A stretch of DNA of 39,295 nucleotides from a virus (Duplodnaviria > Caudoviricetes), in IMG/VR virus record IMGVR_UViG_3300048891_000021, positions 1 to 39,295 of that record; one strand, given 5' to 3'. Under the pieces are notes generated by a model. It did no database searches, was not told the DNA's origin, and worked only from the letters and a program-made list of their open reading frames with translations. Every line of letters starts with the position of its first letter. Within the stretch, counting starts at the first letter, position 1. The translations under genes were made by a program, and so were the position numbers. Below are positions 9,128 through 17,525 of the stretch, piece by piece.

Positions 9128-10114
9128 ATGAAACATCTAGATTTATTTTCCGGCATCGGCGGTTTTTCCGTAGCCGTGGACGAAATTTGGCCGGATGCCG
9201 AACATACGTTTTGTGAGATAGACCCGTTTTGCCGAGCCGTTCTAAAAAAGCACTGGCCCGAATCAAAAATCTATGGCGACATCAGGACTCTTACCAACAC
9301 CGAATACAATGGATTCTCTCCCGCCGAGAGACAACAAGAAACTTCGCGCTTGGAACAACGAGCGAGACGGGCGGAAGAACAGAAAGGTTCTATCGAATCT
9401 TCGAGAGGCGATACAAGACCCTTTTTACTTACAGGCGGCTTTCCCTGCCAGCCTTTCTCACACGCTGGAAGAAGAAAGGGAACGTCAGATGACCGCCATC
9501 TCTGGCCGGAAATGTTTAGAGTCATTCGGGAGTTTTCCCCGCGCTGGGTTGTGGGCGAGAACGTTCGCGGACTGCTTAATATCGAAGGGGGATTGGTATT
9601 CGAGCAAGTGTGCCTTGACTTGGAAAGTATCGGCTACGAAGTCCAACCGTTTATTATTCCAGCTTGCGCCGTCAACGCCCCGCACCGCAGAGACAGAATC
9701 TGGATTGTTGCTCACCGCCACGAGTCGGGACTGGAAGGGAGGTACAAAAGCGAATATCGCGGCGGGAAATCCGAAGCGTCATCTAGATTCGGAGATAGCG
9801 ATGCTGAAAACTCCTTCAGCCTCCGAGGCGGAGGGGGGATGGAAGATAGCGGACAAGTATTGGGAAGCGGATCAACCGAAACTGAAGACGCGAGATCAAG
9901 TTGGGCGCGTAACTGGGTTGAAGTTGCAACCGAACTTTGTAGCTTGGATGATGGGCTACCCGCTCAAATGGGCGATACTACCATCAGTAAATCCAGACAC
10001 CGAGTCGAACAGCTCAAAGCCTACGGAAACGCCATAGTCCCACAGGTAGCGGTTGAAATAATGAAAGCTATCCGACTTTATGAGACGCAAAATGTCCCGC
10101 CTAATCACGATTAA
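9128..10114 (+). CDS. DNA (cytosine-5) methyltransferase, large (alpha) chain
   Basis: Motif I LDLFSGIGG, IV GGFPCQPFS, VI GENV, VIII HRRDRIW, X LKAYGNAIVPQV; motif IX absent from this frame. Confidence 0.93.
   Translation: MKHLDLFSGIGGFSVAVDEIWPDAEHTFCEIDPFCRAVLKKHWPESKIYGDIRTLTNTEYNGFSPAERQQETSRLEQRARRAEEQKGSIESSRGDTRPFLLTGGFPCQPFSHAGRRKGTSDDRHLWPEMFRVIREFSPRWVVGENVRGLLNIEGGLVFEQVCLDLESIGYEVQPFIIPACAVNAPHRRDRIWIVAHRHESGLEGRYKSEYRGGKSEASSRFGDSDAENSFSLRGGGGMEDSGQVLGSGSTETEDARSSWARNWVEVATELCSLDDGLPAQMGDTTISKSRHRVEQLKAYGNAIVPQVAVEIMKAIRLYETQNVPPNHD
9273..10037 (+). CDS. Nested alternative-frame protein, putative C5-MTase beta chain (TRD plus motif IX)
   Basis: 254-aa +1-frame ORF inside the MTase with LLPTP, LLLTATSRDWKG and MLKTPSAS repeats and LQPNFVAWMMGYPLKW; tctATG start context like the other genes. 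Confidence 0.75.
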   Translation: MATSGLLPTPNTMDSLPPRDNKKLRAWNNERDGRKNRKVLSNLREAIQDPFYLQAAFPASLSHTLEEERERQMTAISGRKCLESFGSFPRAGLWARTFADCLISKGDWYSSKCALTWKVSATKSNRLLFQLAPSTPRTAETESGLLLTATSRDWKGGTKANIAAGNPKRHLDSEIAMLKTPSASEAEGGWKIADKYWEADQPKLKTRDQVGRVTGLKLQPNFVAWMMGYPLKWAILPSVNPDTESNSSKPTETP

Positions 10115-10304
10115 ATCCGAAGCGGAGCTACACCTGCGTCGTGCGGATGCACTTCTCATCACGAAGGGACGCGGTTGGAAGGATTCCGTGGATTACCACA
10201 TGCGGGCGTACCGTGAATTCAGTAAGCGTCTGGTTGACGAAGGCGAGATTTTACCGGAAGATATGTGGGAAGTCCTATATGAAACGGGTAAAAGTATCTG
10301 GTAG
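10080..10304 (+). CDS. Hypothetical protein
   Basis: 74-aa ORF overlapping both neighbours. Confidence 0.6.
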   Translation: MRRKMSRLITIKSEAELHLRRADALLITKGRGWKDSVDYHMRAYREFSKRLVDEGEILPEDMWEVLYETGKSIW

Positions 10305-10743
10305 ATTAGGGGTTGGAAAATACATCATTGTAGATGACGAAGATTACGCCTTTGTGCGTTGCTTTAAGTGGTGGATGTTATCGAATGGATACGCCTATAC
10401 CCATGGACGAGACGGTAAAACGCTCCTAGTACACAGACTAGTTTTGATGTACGAGGGGAAAGAGGATATCGACCATATAAATAGGAACAAACTAGACTGC
10501 AGAAGGGGAAATCTCCGCATTTGCACCAAAAGCGAAAACATGATGAATACGGCACTACGCAAAAACAATAGAAGTGGTCACCCTGGTATCCATTGGAGCG
10601 AGCTTGAGAAGCGGTGGAAGGTTCGTGTGAAGCATGGTGAGCGGGTTATACACTCCACACATCGTTCTCTAAAAAAAGCCTTGCGCGCAAGAAAGGATGG
10701 TGTATCGTTGCTATATGGCAAATTCAAGATTTTTGAAAACTAA
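10279..10743 (+). CDS. HNH endonuclease with AP2-like C-terminus
   Basis: IVDDEDY..W..NGYA..HRLVL..IDHINRNKLDCRRGNLRICT..N; NNRSGHPGIHW..KRWKV. Confidence 0.88.
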   Translation: MKRVKVSGRLGVGKYIIVDDEDYAFVRCFKWWMLSNGYAYTHGRDGKTLLVHRLVLMYEGKEDIDHINRNKLDCRRGNLRICTKSENMMNTALRKNNRSGHPGIHWSELEKRWKVRVKHGERVIHSTHRSLKKALRARKDGVSLLYGKFKIFEN

Positions 10744-11041
10744 AAACGGTAAATACCGCGTCGTTAACGACTCCAAGATGAAATGGATGGGTGATACTGA
10801 TAACGAAAAGAAGGTTATTCGTATTAACAAAAAGCTCCACAAGAAAGAAAAGTCCGTGGAGAAAATCATGGGACGTAAAAAACGTAAAGCGGAGCTTCTC
10901 GATACGATAGTCCATGAAAAGATGCACGCGGATCATCCAAAAATGCACGAGAAGACTGTACGCAAGCAAACGAAAAAGAAACTGCCACTCTTGGGCAAGG
11001 TCAAAAAATCCAAGCTATATGGTTCCATTGCCACCACCTAA
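10715..11041 (+). CDS. Basic protein with HExxH zincin-like motif
   Basis: WMGDTD..KVIRIN..ELLDTIVHEKMHA; very Lys-rich. Confidence 0.65.
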   Translation: MANSRFLKTKNGKYRVVNDSKMKWMGDTDNEKKVIRINKKLHKKEKSVEKIMGRKKRKAELLDTIVHEKMHADHPKMHEKTVRKQTKKKLPLLGKVKKSKLYGSIATT

Positions 11042-11083
11042 TGTGGTACGCTAAACGCAGATGCTGGGGAACATTTATTTTCT

Positions 11084-11566
11084 ATGCGCTATAAAATGCG
11101 AAAGACAGATAAACCTGGCGACTTACTCAAACGCGAACGTGCTAAGGCGATGAAGCCGAAACGTAAAGCACGCAAGCACCACCTCACGTCACCGCTCACC
11201 GGATTGAAGGAAGGCTCTCCGACCGACGTTGCCATGGACAAACAGATGGCCGACAAGATGTCTCCGCTTCACAAGCGTAAGCACAAAGGCACCACGACTA
11301 AACAGCTTGGGCCGGAAGGTAAGCACAAGATGATGAAGCCGAAAGGAGCGCGCGGTCGTGCGCAGGTAAAGAAACTCGGACGTACGAAGAAGACCGGAGG
11401 CTTCGCCAAGATTGCGAAATCGGCCGGAAAAGAATACGGTTCCAAAGAAGCTGGTAAACGTGTCGCAGGTGCCATCTTTCAGAAGATGGTAAAAGCCCGT
11501 GGCAAGCATAAATTCTCTCACAAGGTCATGTGCAAAAAGAAGCATAAGCACGGCCCTTCCTGCTAA
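11084..11566 (+). CDS. Highly basic Lys/His-rich protein
   Basis: 160 aa, low complexity, rich in K/R/H/M. Confidence 0.75.
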   Translation: MRYKMRKTDKPGDLLKRERAKAMKPKRKARKHHLTSPLTGLKEGSPTDVAMDKQMADKMSPLHKRKHKGTTTKQLGPEGKHKMMKPKGARGRAQVKKLGRTKKTGGFAKIAKSAGKEYGSKEAGKRVAGAIFQKMVKARGKHKFSHKVMCKKKHKHGPSC

Positions 11567-11567
11567 T

Positions 11568-11615
11568 ATGGCCAAGCGTAAACCGCTCCCGCCTAAAATC
11601 CTAATCCTTATCTAA
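11568..11615 (+). CDS. Putative 15-aa peptide MAKRKPLPPKILILI
   Basis: Flanked on both sides by TAAtATG junctions. Confidence 0.4.
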   Translation: MAKRKPLPPKILILI

Positions 11616-11616
11616 T

Positions 11617-11766
11617 ATGCCAGGACGCATCTTCGCTCAAATCCAAGGCTCTATCGCCCAAGGTAAATCGAAAGGTAAGGCTATGGCTGACGAGCTGTGG
11701 GGTAAGTTCAAATCCGCTTCCAAAGCGAAACCGGAAACGCAGAAGGTTTCCAACATCAAAAAGTAA
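11617..11766 (+). CDS. Small Lys-rich protein (49 aa)
   Basis: MPGRIFAQIQG..KVSNIKK; TAAtATG junction; ends just before the terminator. Confidence 0.6.
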   Translation: MPGRIFAQIQGSIAQGKSKGKAMADELWGKFKSASKAKPETQKVSNIKK

Positions 11767-11781
11767 TTCTACACCGGAAAT

Positions 11782-11814
11782 AAAATCACGCCCCGTAATG
11801 GAGCGTGGTTTTTT
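11782..11814. terminator. Intrinsic terminator at the convergence of the two arms (probably bidirectional)
   Basis: AAAATCACGC-ccc gtaat gga-GCGTGGTTTTTT stem with A and T tracts. Confidence 0.8.
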
Positions 11815-12103
11815 ATATCCGCTTCTCTTCAATCAGTGCCTGCTGTATGTGTATCCAAAACTTCGATGTAACGAACTTGAGCAGGAGGCGCATGTTTACA
11901 CCTGTTCGCTGGCAATAATTCTCCAAAATCTGTTTACGCCACGCCCAATCCTTTTTCGGGAATCCTGCCTTGTGCATCTGCTCTATCTCTACGACGTGAT
12001 GATGGAATCCGGTCTTATCCAAATCATCGAGCGGACGTGTAAACAGGTCATCGAAAACACCTGTTCCGATTTGTGCTTGTTCGCCTTTTATCTTGGGTTT
12101 CAT
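11813..12103 (-). CDS. Hypothetical protein
   Basis: 96 aa; ATGA overlap with the peptidase. Confidence 0.65.
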   Translation of the reverse strand: MKPKIKGEQAQIGTGVFDDLFTRPLDDLDKTGFHHHVVEIEQMHKAGFPKKDWAWRKQILENYCQRTGVNMRLLLKFVTSKFWIHIQQALIEEKRI

Positions 12104-13146
12104 ACCTGCATGTTGCGTGGAAGATTTAGGTTAAACGGTAGCTTCAAACCACGGCGGATTGAATAGCAGTAATTCAAAATGTCCTGAATCGAATACCGGC
12201 CATAGGCTACGGCATTAACGTACACCAAGAAGTCACGTCCGATATACGACTGGACGTTTGCATTCAGCTTGGCTACATCAGTCAGCTTTTGGGCCGTAGT
12301 CTGTTCCAAGTGCAAATCTCGGCTGAAGCCGTAATGGTTCAAGACACCGGAGAACGTATCTGTATGGTCCTTGTCCTGAATCTCCTGCCAGTTGTCTGGG
12401 AGGTCGATAAAAGACAGCGCGGACAGAACCTCATAGTCAGGAGCCAGCTTATGGAAGCCGTCGAAGTCTTTATGTTGCGTCAGGGAGTCGAAAATGACGT
12501 AGTTGCCGTCTTTGTCTATGCCGGCAAGAACAACCGCGTGGTAGGCGCTATAAGCGGTCTGGCGTGGCGCTACGGTGTTGAAGTAACCCTTACCTATCCC
12601 AAGAGCCAGCATAAGCGGTGAAACGCCCAAAGCGGATATAACGGAATTCCTGTCCGGTATCACCGATGCCGCGCTTTTGATGGCGTATTGCTTGCTCAAA
12701 GCCTCTGCTTGTGGCGAGGCATGGGATTTATCCTTCATAGCATTGAAGGTGTTTACATCCCAGCGGTCTGGTATGACCGTTGGAACATACACTTCGGGGA
12801 CTACGCCCGCTTTCATCGCGTTGGCCGTATTTATCAAATAGTTTCCGTTCAGCTGACCATTGGAACGAAAGAACAGTTCCGAAGGAGAGAACGTAACGGA
12901 CTTTATATTTTCCTTACTTTCAAAAATGGAGGCGATGGAACTACCGGCATAAGCCGTACACAGGTTTGTAGACCCTTGATAACGAAACGGAGGGCAAAAA
13001 GATGACCAATCTGCTGGAGCAGAGCCTCCCCATACAAACAATTCATGCTTAGGAAGAGAAGCCAATTTGGCTGGATCATCGAGGAGAAGACCTGTATTCG
13101 GAATGGGACGGAACGAATTTAGCCAGTTTTGTATGGAATCTAGCAT
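12100..13146 (-). CDS. Papain-like (clan CA) cysteine peptidase
   Basis: YQGSTNLCTAYA (oxyanion Gln and catalytic Cys), YHAVVLAG (His), VIFDS (Asp in place of the NSW Asn). Confidence 0.8.
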   Translation of the reverse strand: MLDSIQNWLNSFRPIPNTGLLLDDPAKLASLPKHELFVWGGSAPADWSSFCPPFRYQGSTNLCTAYAGSSIASIFESKENIKSVTFSPSELFFRSNGQLNGNYLINTANAMKAGVVPEVYVPTVIPDRWDVNTFNAMKDKSHASPQAEALSKQYAIKSAASVIPDRNSVISALGVSPLMLALGIGKGYFNTVAPRQTAYSAYHAVVLAGIDKDGNYVIFDSLTQHKDFDGFHKLAPDYEVLSALSFIDLPDNWQEIQDKDHTDTFSGVLNHYGFSRDLHLEQTTAQKLTDVAKLNANVQSYIGRDFLVYVNAVAYGRYSIQDILNYCYSIRRGLKLPFNLNLPRNMQV

Positions 13147-13154
13147 AGGGTTCC

Positions 13155-13163
13155 ACTATATCA
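13155..13163 (-). promoter_or_regulatory. Putative extended -10 promoter, near-leaderless
   Basis: TGA-TATAGT 8 nt upstream of the ATG at 13146. Confidence 0.45.
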
Positions 13164-13260
13164 TTTCCGCTGGTCCGAACCCACATCGGCAGGTTAGGAG
13201 ACGGGATAGTCACAGCGCTACGCCATAACCAACGGGAATGAGCCGAAGATTCGGCCCATG

Positions 13261-13440
13261 CTAGGGGTGGGAGGGAAGGACCGGCTCCAGTTCATTGAAC
13301 TGAAGCGAAAGTTTTTCGTGAGCGGGAAAACGCTTTTTACAAAGCGACCCGTCATCGTAAACGATCTGCACTTCCGCGCAGAAGCGATTATTCTCATCCA
13401 GAACGAGCTGGATGGTCAAAAGAACGGGTTTTCGATCCAT
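13261..13440 (-). CDS. Hypothetical 59-aa protein (absent from the ORF track)
   Basis: MDRKPVLLTIQLVLDENNRFCAEV..PSHP; strong AGGGAGGT Shine-Dalgarno; hairpins on both sides. Confidence 0.65.
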   Translation of the reverse strand: MDRKPVLLTIQLVLDENNRFCAEVQIVYDDGSLCKKRFPAHEKLSLQFNELEPVLPSHP

Positions 13441-13537
13441 GAGAACCTCCCTTCCTAAGCTCCCCGCAAAGTGATTGTAAACCAGAGCCTAGGAGCGGAG
13501 GTCATCCGCTCTCCCAAAACATAGCCTCGTCAGAAGG

Positions 13538-13735
13538 CTACTTATTCGTACCGTTTCCGATGGCGGAACGCAAGCCGAATCCGATACCGGCCATCGCAAT
13601 CAGTTGCATCGAGGCATCCTCGGAAATGTAGTGCTTGACGAGACCGACAATGGCCCACATTAGGATAATGAAGCAGATGAGAAACGTTTTCCAACCATCT
13701 AACATCGCCCAAAAATCACAAATAAACTTTTTCAT
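13538..13735 (-). CDS. Holin-like small membrane protein
   Basis: 65 aa, two TM segments, LDGWKTF..GIGFGLRSAI. Confidence 0.6.
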   Translation of the reverse strand: MKKFICDFWAMLDGWKTFLICFIILMWAIVGLVKHYISEDASMQLIAMAGIGFGLRSAIGNGTNK

Positions 13736-13736
13736 A

Positions 13737-14912
13737 TTAGCCGATAGCTACTAGCCATCCTGATCTCGTTGGAGAACCGGATACGCTCGAATAAGTAATA
13801 TCGAAACCAGTTCCGGTGATATTGGACACCGAAATCTGGAACGTCGTAGAGGATTCTTTCCAATGGACCGCAATGCCATTGCCGTCACCCCCATAGACAC
13901 CGGAGTAGTTCTGTTGTCCTGCTCCGCTGTCCTGCGCGACAAGCGTTACTTGCTTCGCGGCAAATCCGCAGGAAATGGTGTGCGTGCCTCCGTTGAACGT
14001 GAAGGCACCGAGATTTTGGGTAACGTAGTTGATTGCGGAACCACCTGGACCTGTGTATCCAGTTGCTCCGGTATACCCCGTATAGCCCGTGAAGTTTCCA
14101 GCGCCTGTATAGCCCGTGGGACCGGTGTACCCAGTCGGACCTGTTGAAGACGGGCCGGTGTATCCGGTCGGACCTGTATAGCCAGTAAAATTACCAGCTC
14201 CGGTATAGCCTGTCGGACCAGTGAATCCAGTATAACCAGTCCATCCTGTGAAGTTGCCAGGGCCGGTATAGCCCGTATAGCCGGTCGCTCCCGTGGTTCC
14301 CATGGGACCGGTATATCCGGTTGCTCCCGTCGCTGAAACGGCACCATCAGGTCCGGTATACCCCGTATAGCCGGTGGGGCCGGTCGCGCCAGCGGAACCA
14401 GCCGAACCTGTATATCCAGTAGGCCCCGTTGGACCAGTGAATCCGGTATAACCCGTAAAATTGCCAGCACCCGTGTAACCAGTGAATCCAGTAGCTCCGG
14501 TCGGACCGTCTTCCCCTTGGGTACCGGTGTAACCGGTAAAACCCGTAGGTCCCGTATGGCCCGTGTAGCCGGTATGGCCCGTATAACCCGTGGGACCCGT
14601 GGGACCTGTGGGACCTTGAATACCCTGTGGCCCGTCAAAGCCCGTATAACCCGTTGGCCCAGTCGATCCGGTCACGGATGCTCCCGTATATCCAGTAGGG
14701 CCTGTAAAGCCCGTATAGCCCGTTGATCCGGTCGCAGCAGCAGTGCCTTGGGGACCAGTGTAGCCAGTCGGACCGGTATATCCAGTAAAGTTGCCAGGGC
14801 CTGTAGCTCCCGTATATCCCGTATATCCAGTAGGACCTGTGTCGCCAGCATTAATCTCATCGGCAGGAACTTTGCCGTCTAACCCCAGATGGGCGTAGCC
14901 GATGGTTGCCAT
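13737..14912 (-). CDS. Collagen-like fibre protein with G-(Y/F/P/A)-T repeats
   Basis: About 270 aa of Gly-X-Thr triplets and a ~100-aa beta-rich C-terminal head. Confidence 0.88.
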   Translation of the reverse strand: MATIGYAHLGLDGKVPADEINAGDTGPTGYTGYTGATGPGNFTGYTGPTGYTGPQGTAAATGSTGYTGFTGPTGYTGASVTGSTGPTGYTGFDGPQGIQGPTGPTGPTGYTGHTGYTGHTGPTGFTGYTGTQGEDGPTGATGFTGYTGAGNFTGYTGFTGPTGPTGYTGSAGSAGATGPTGYTGYTGPDGAVSATGATGYTGPMGTTGATGYTGYTGPGNFTGWTGYTGFTGPTGYTGAGNFTGYTGPTGYTGPSSTGPTGYTGPTGYTGAGNFTGYTGYTGATGYTGPGGSAINYVTQNLGAFTFNGGTHTISCGFAAKQVTLVAQDSGAGQQNYSGVYGGDGNGIAVHWKESSTTFQISVSNITGTGFDITYSSVSGSPTRSGWLVAIG

Positions 14913-14915
14913 ACG

Positions 14916-15371
14916 TTAGGAGGGCGATTTGCGCGACGTTTCCTGCCAGTTCGTACCGTCGAAGCGAAATTGGACCACCGTGTTCAATTCACAAACCAAA
15001 TCCTGACTCTTTGAGAGAAAGAGCTTACCAAATCCCGCACTCGGCGTTGCGTTGTTAGCCAACGTAGCCGCTCCCTGAAACCACAGGCAGATTTCCGTGC
15101 CAGGTTGCCAGTTGGCGGTTGCGATACCGTTAATGGTTGCCGTTCCGGTAATGGAAAAAAAGTTCCCATCACTTCCAAGCGTCAAATCATTAGCCGAAGC
15201 GACATCCGCACCCTTACGATTCATCAACTGTGCCGGAGGCGTTTTGAAAAAGTTTCCGTAGGTTATTTTCTTGTCAATGGCAGAACCGCCTGGATTGGTG
15301 GTCGTAGGGATGATGTCTCCCGTGGCAAGCGTGGTCGTTGCAGGGAGACCTTGGAATTCAATATTAGGCAT
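14916..15371 (-). CDS. Virion fibre/spike-associated protein
   Basis: N-terminus IEFQGLPATTTLATGDIIP typical of fibre adaptors; C-terminal FRFDGTNWQE. Confidence 0.7.
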   Translation of the reverse strand: MPNIEFQGLPATTTLATGDIIPTTTNPGGSAIDKKITYGNFFKTPPAQLMNRKGADVASANDLTLGSDGNFFSITGTATINGIATANWQPGTEICLWFQGAATLANNATPSAGFGKLFLSKSQDLVCELNTVVQFRFDGTNWQETSRKSPS

Positions 15372-15373
15372 AG

Positions 15374-15526
15374 TTACGGAGTGACGTAGTTATCGGTTGA
15401 TTGGTCAATATATGGATCACCGCCTGGAGTTACATAAAACGAACCAGGAGGGACCGGAGGTCCGCCCCCTATCTGGTTTTGCAACCAAACGATAGCGTTT
15501 GCTATCCCAAGCATCATTCCTTGCAT
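15374..15526 (-). CDS. 50-aa putative head-spike adaptor peptide (absent from the ORF track)
   Basis: MQGMMLGIANAIVWLQNQIGGGPPVPPGSFYVTPGGDPYIDQSTDNYVTP; fills the gap exactly. Confidence 0.7.
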   Translation of the reverse strand: MQGMMLGIANAIVWLQNQIGGGPPVPPGSFYVTPGGDPYIDQSTDNYVTP

Positions 15527-15529
15527 ACG

Positions 15530-15784
15530 TTAAAACAACGCAACAATGTCGCTTGCGGTGGTATCGGTTGCTAGTACACGCGCCGTATAAACCGGCATGA
15601 ATGCTCCAGACGGAACGCCAACAAAAATGACGGCATCGCCCGATGCATTTTCAAGGGCGACATCTCCGCCCGTGCCGACGTACAAAGCACGAGCTTTATC
15701 GCCTGACTGGATAATCGGGTTTGAATCTGACGGGGTTACTGCCAAAAAATTAATCGCTGGCAATAGGTCCGAGGGGGCTGGCAT
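15530..15784 (-). CDS. Head spike base protein, RcGTA Rcc01079-like
   Basis: AVTPSD..RALYVGTGGDV..VIFVGVPSG..PV..RVLATDTTASDIVAL; 84 aa. Confidence 0.8.
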   Translation of the reverse strand: MPAPSDLLPAINFLAVTPSDSNPIIQSGDKARALYVGTGGDVALENASGDAVIFVGVPSGAFMPVYTARVLATDTTASDIVALF

Positions 15785-17525
15785 AGAGAGAATCTAATTT
15801 AGATTTCAATGTAGCGCGATCTTGCTCTACATGCCCCCAGCCTTTCGCGTATACGCTATCATATTCGGCTCCCTTGGAGAAATGGTGATGCGTCACCTTG
15901 GCTCGTTCCGAATGGAACGCTTCTCCCATTTTATCCGCTTGCGCCCACAACCAGTTATCGCATCCGACATGATGGAAATCCGTAGAGAAAATCTGTCCCT
16001 TCTCCAACTTATCGACCAATCCACGGGAGATCAAGAAGTGTTCACAGATATTCCCTTTGTCTGGAAGTAAAGGACCGCTGCTAAAAGCAATAAGGCGTTT
16101 ACTCTCTTTCACGATTTCCTGTGTAGCAATAAGAAAGGCGTTCTTGTCGAACTCCATATCGTTCGCAGCGTAAATAACGTGGCTACCACGCATATTACGC
16201 ACACCGATTTCCACCTTTTCCGGTACGGTCGCTTCACCTTCTATCGGCTGGATAAAGATTTTATCTTGCGGATAGTTCTGGGCTTCGATGCTCTTGAGAC
16301 ATCGTTCTAAGCCATCCGGTCTTCCGAGCGTAGGAATTACGACCGTGATGTGTGGGACGAATAGATTATCCCAATAAAACTGCGCATCGACGGAATACTT
16401 CGGATGTTCAGGATTGTAGTCCCAGCAGATACGCCAGTGCTTGTAGCTTTTGTCCTTATCGCCTAGTTGCCAATAGGCCCAGTACAGCATCTCATGTGGC
16501 CATTCGCGGTAATGCGCTGCATTGTCTGCATAGAAACCGCTCTGTGGAATCGTAAGCGCCGCTTCTCCATAGGCTACGACGCGCCGTGCATCTCCACGAT
16601 GATAGTAATGCTCCATGAGACGGATGAGCGCTTCACGCCGTCCGGCTTCGATGTTGAAGGATTCCTGCCATGCGGATACGGCCATGTTAGGGAAGCCTAG
16701 ACGGTCATAGCATTCACCGATGAAAATAACGGACTGCGCTTTCTCTGCCGGCCAACGATTCATGGCTACATGGCGCTCAAATTCCTTGATAGCCGAGTTC
16801 AAACGTCCCGTATACAGCATTTCACGCGCAAAGTAGTGGGACTGACGGTCCTTGTCTGGATTCTGGAAGCAATCCAATGCCAAGCCTTTCAAGTAGCCAC
16901 CACGCGGAGTTTCTACATTTTGATAGTGTTCAAGCAACACCACTTCTTTCGGAAGAAGAACGCGGTTCGCTGAACCTTGCAGAACTTCATGGACCACGCC
17001 TTCCCAACGCATCTTGCGCCGATCATAGCACTTACTTTGAATGAATTGGATAGCCGGATTACCAAGCACATCATGGGAGAAAATGAAGTTGTACTCGAAC
17101 TGCTCTATTCCATTTCGGATGTGCTGGTCGATAACGTCAATATCCAAATTCGTATACACCTCATCCGCGTCATGCATGGCGATAAAGTCATTGCTAGCCA
17201 GTGACGTGGCGTAATTGCGAGCGGAAGCAAAATCAAACAACGAATCGCCTGCATTCACTACGGCAGGTTCGTCTTTTACGATAAAACGTTCATTAATTGC
17301 CTTGGCTGTAGGCTCATCAATCGTAATACGGAAACGGTCGCCAACCTCTTCTACTTTGCATCCGGCATCACGCGCAATTTGCGCTGTGTTATCAGTAGAA
17401 CCCGTATCCACGATGACGCACTCCCCTCCCCGTTCCATGAACGGTTTGAGCGAAGCCAACATGCGCGGTAGGTATTTGGCTTCGTTACGGGTGATTAGGA
17501 CGCAGGAAAACTTCGGCTTTTCCAT
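15750..17525 (-). CDS. Glycosyltransferase: GT2 + TPR + second GT2-like domain
   Basis: LITRNE, IVDTGSTD, FDFASARN, HDADE, WEGVVHE; helical TPR-like middle; C-terminal ITVVIPTLGR..L.RCL.SI. Confidence 0.9.
   Translation of the reverse strand: MEKPKFSCVLITRNEAKYLPRMLASLKPFMERGGECVIVDTGSTDNTAQIARDAGCKVEEVGDRFRITIDEPTAKAINERFIVKDEPAVVNAGDSLFDFASARNYATSLASNDFIAMHDADEVYTNLDIDVIDQHIRNGIEQFEYNFIFSHDVLGNPAIQFIQSKCYDRRKMRWEGVVHEVLQGSANRVLLPKEVVLLEHYQNVETPRGGYLKGLALDCFQNPDKDRQSHYFAREMLYTGRLNSAIKEFERHVAMNRWPAEKAQSVIFIGECYDRLGFPNMAVSAWQESFNIEAGRREALIRLMEHYYHRGDARRVVAYGEAALTIPQSGFYADNAAHYREWPHEMLYWAYWQLGDKDKSYKHWRICWDYNPEHPKYSVDAQFYWDNLFVPHITVVIPTLGRPDGLERCLKSIEAQNYPQDKIFIQPIEGEATVPEKVEIGVRNMRGSHVIYAANDMEFDKNAFLIATQEIVKESKRLIAFSSGPLLPDKGNICEHFLISRGLVDKLEKGQIFSTDFHHVGCDNWLWAQADKMGEAFHSERAKVTHHHFSKGAEYDSVYAKGWGHVEQDRATLKSKLDSLYASPLGPIASD

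Noticed and set aside
13258-13458. 66-aa + strand ORF from the track
   Set aside because: Antisense to a better-supported - strand ORF that has an SD and matches the operon direction
13946-14638. 230-aa alternative-frame ORF inside the collagen gene
   Set aside because: A stop-free shadow of the G-X-T triplet repeat with no independent features
14040-14850. Repetitive DNA resembling a CRISPR array or VNTR
   Set aside because: 9-nt periodic coding repeats with variable third positions; no fixed repeat-spacer structure and no cas genes
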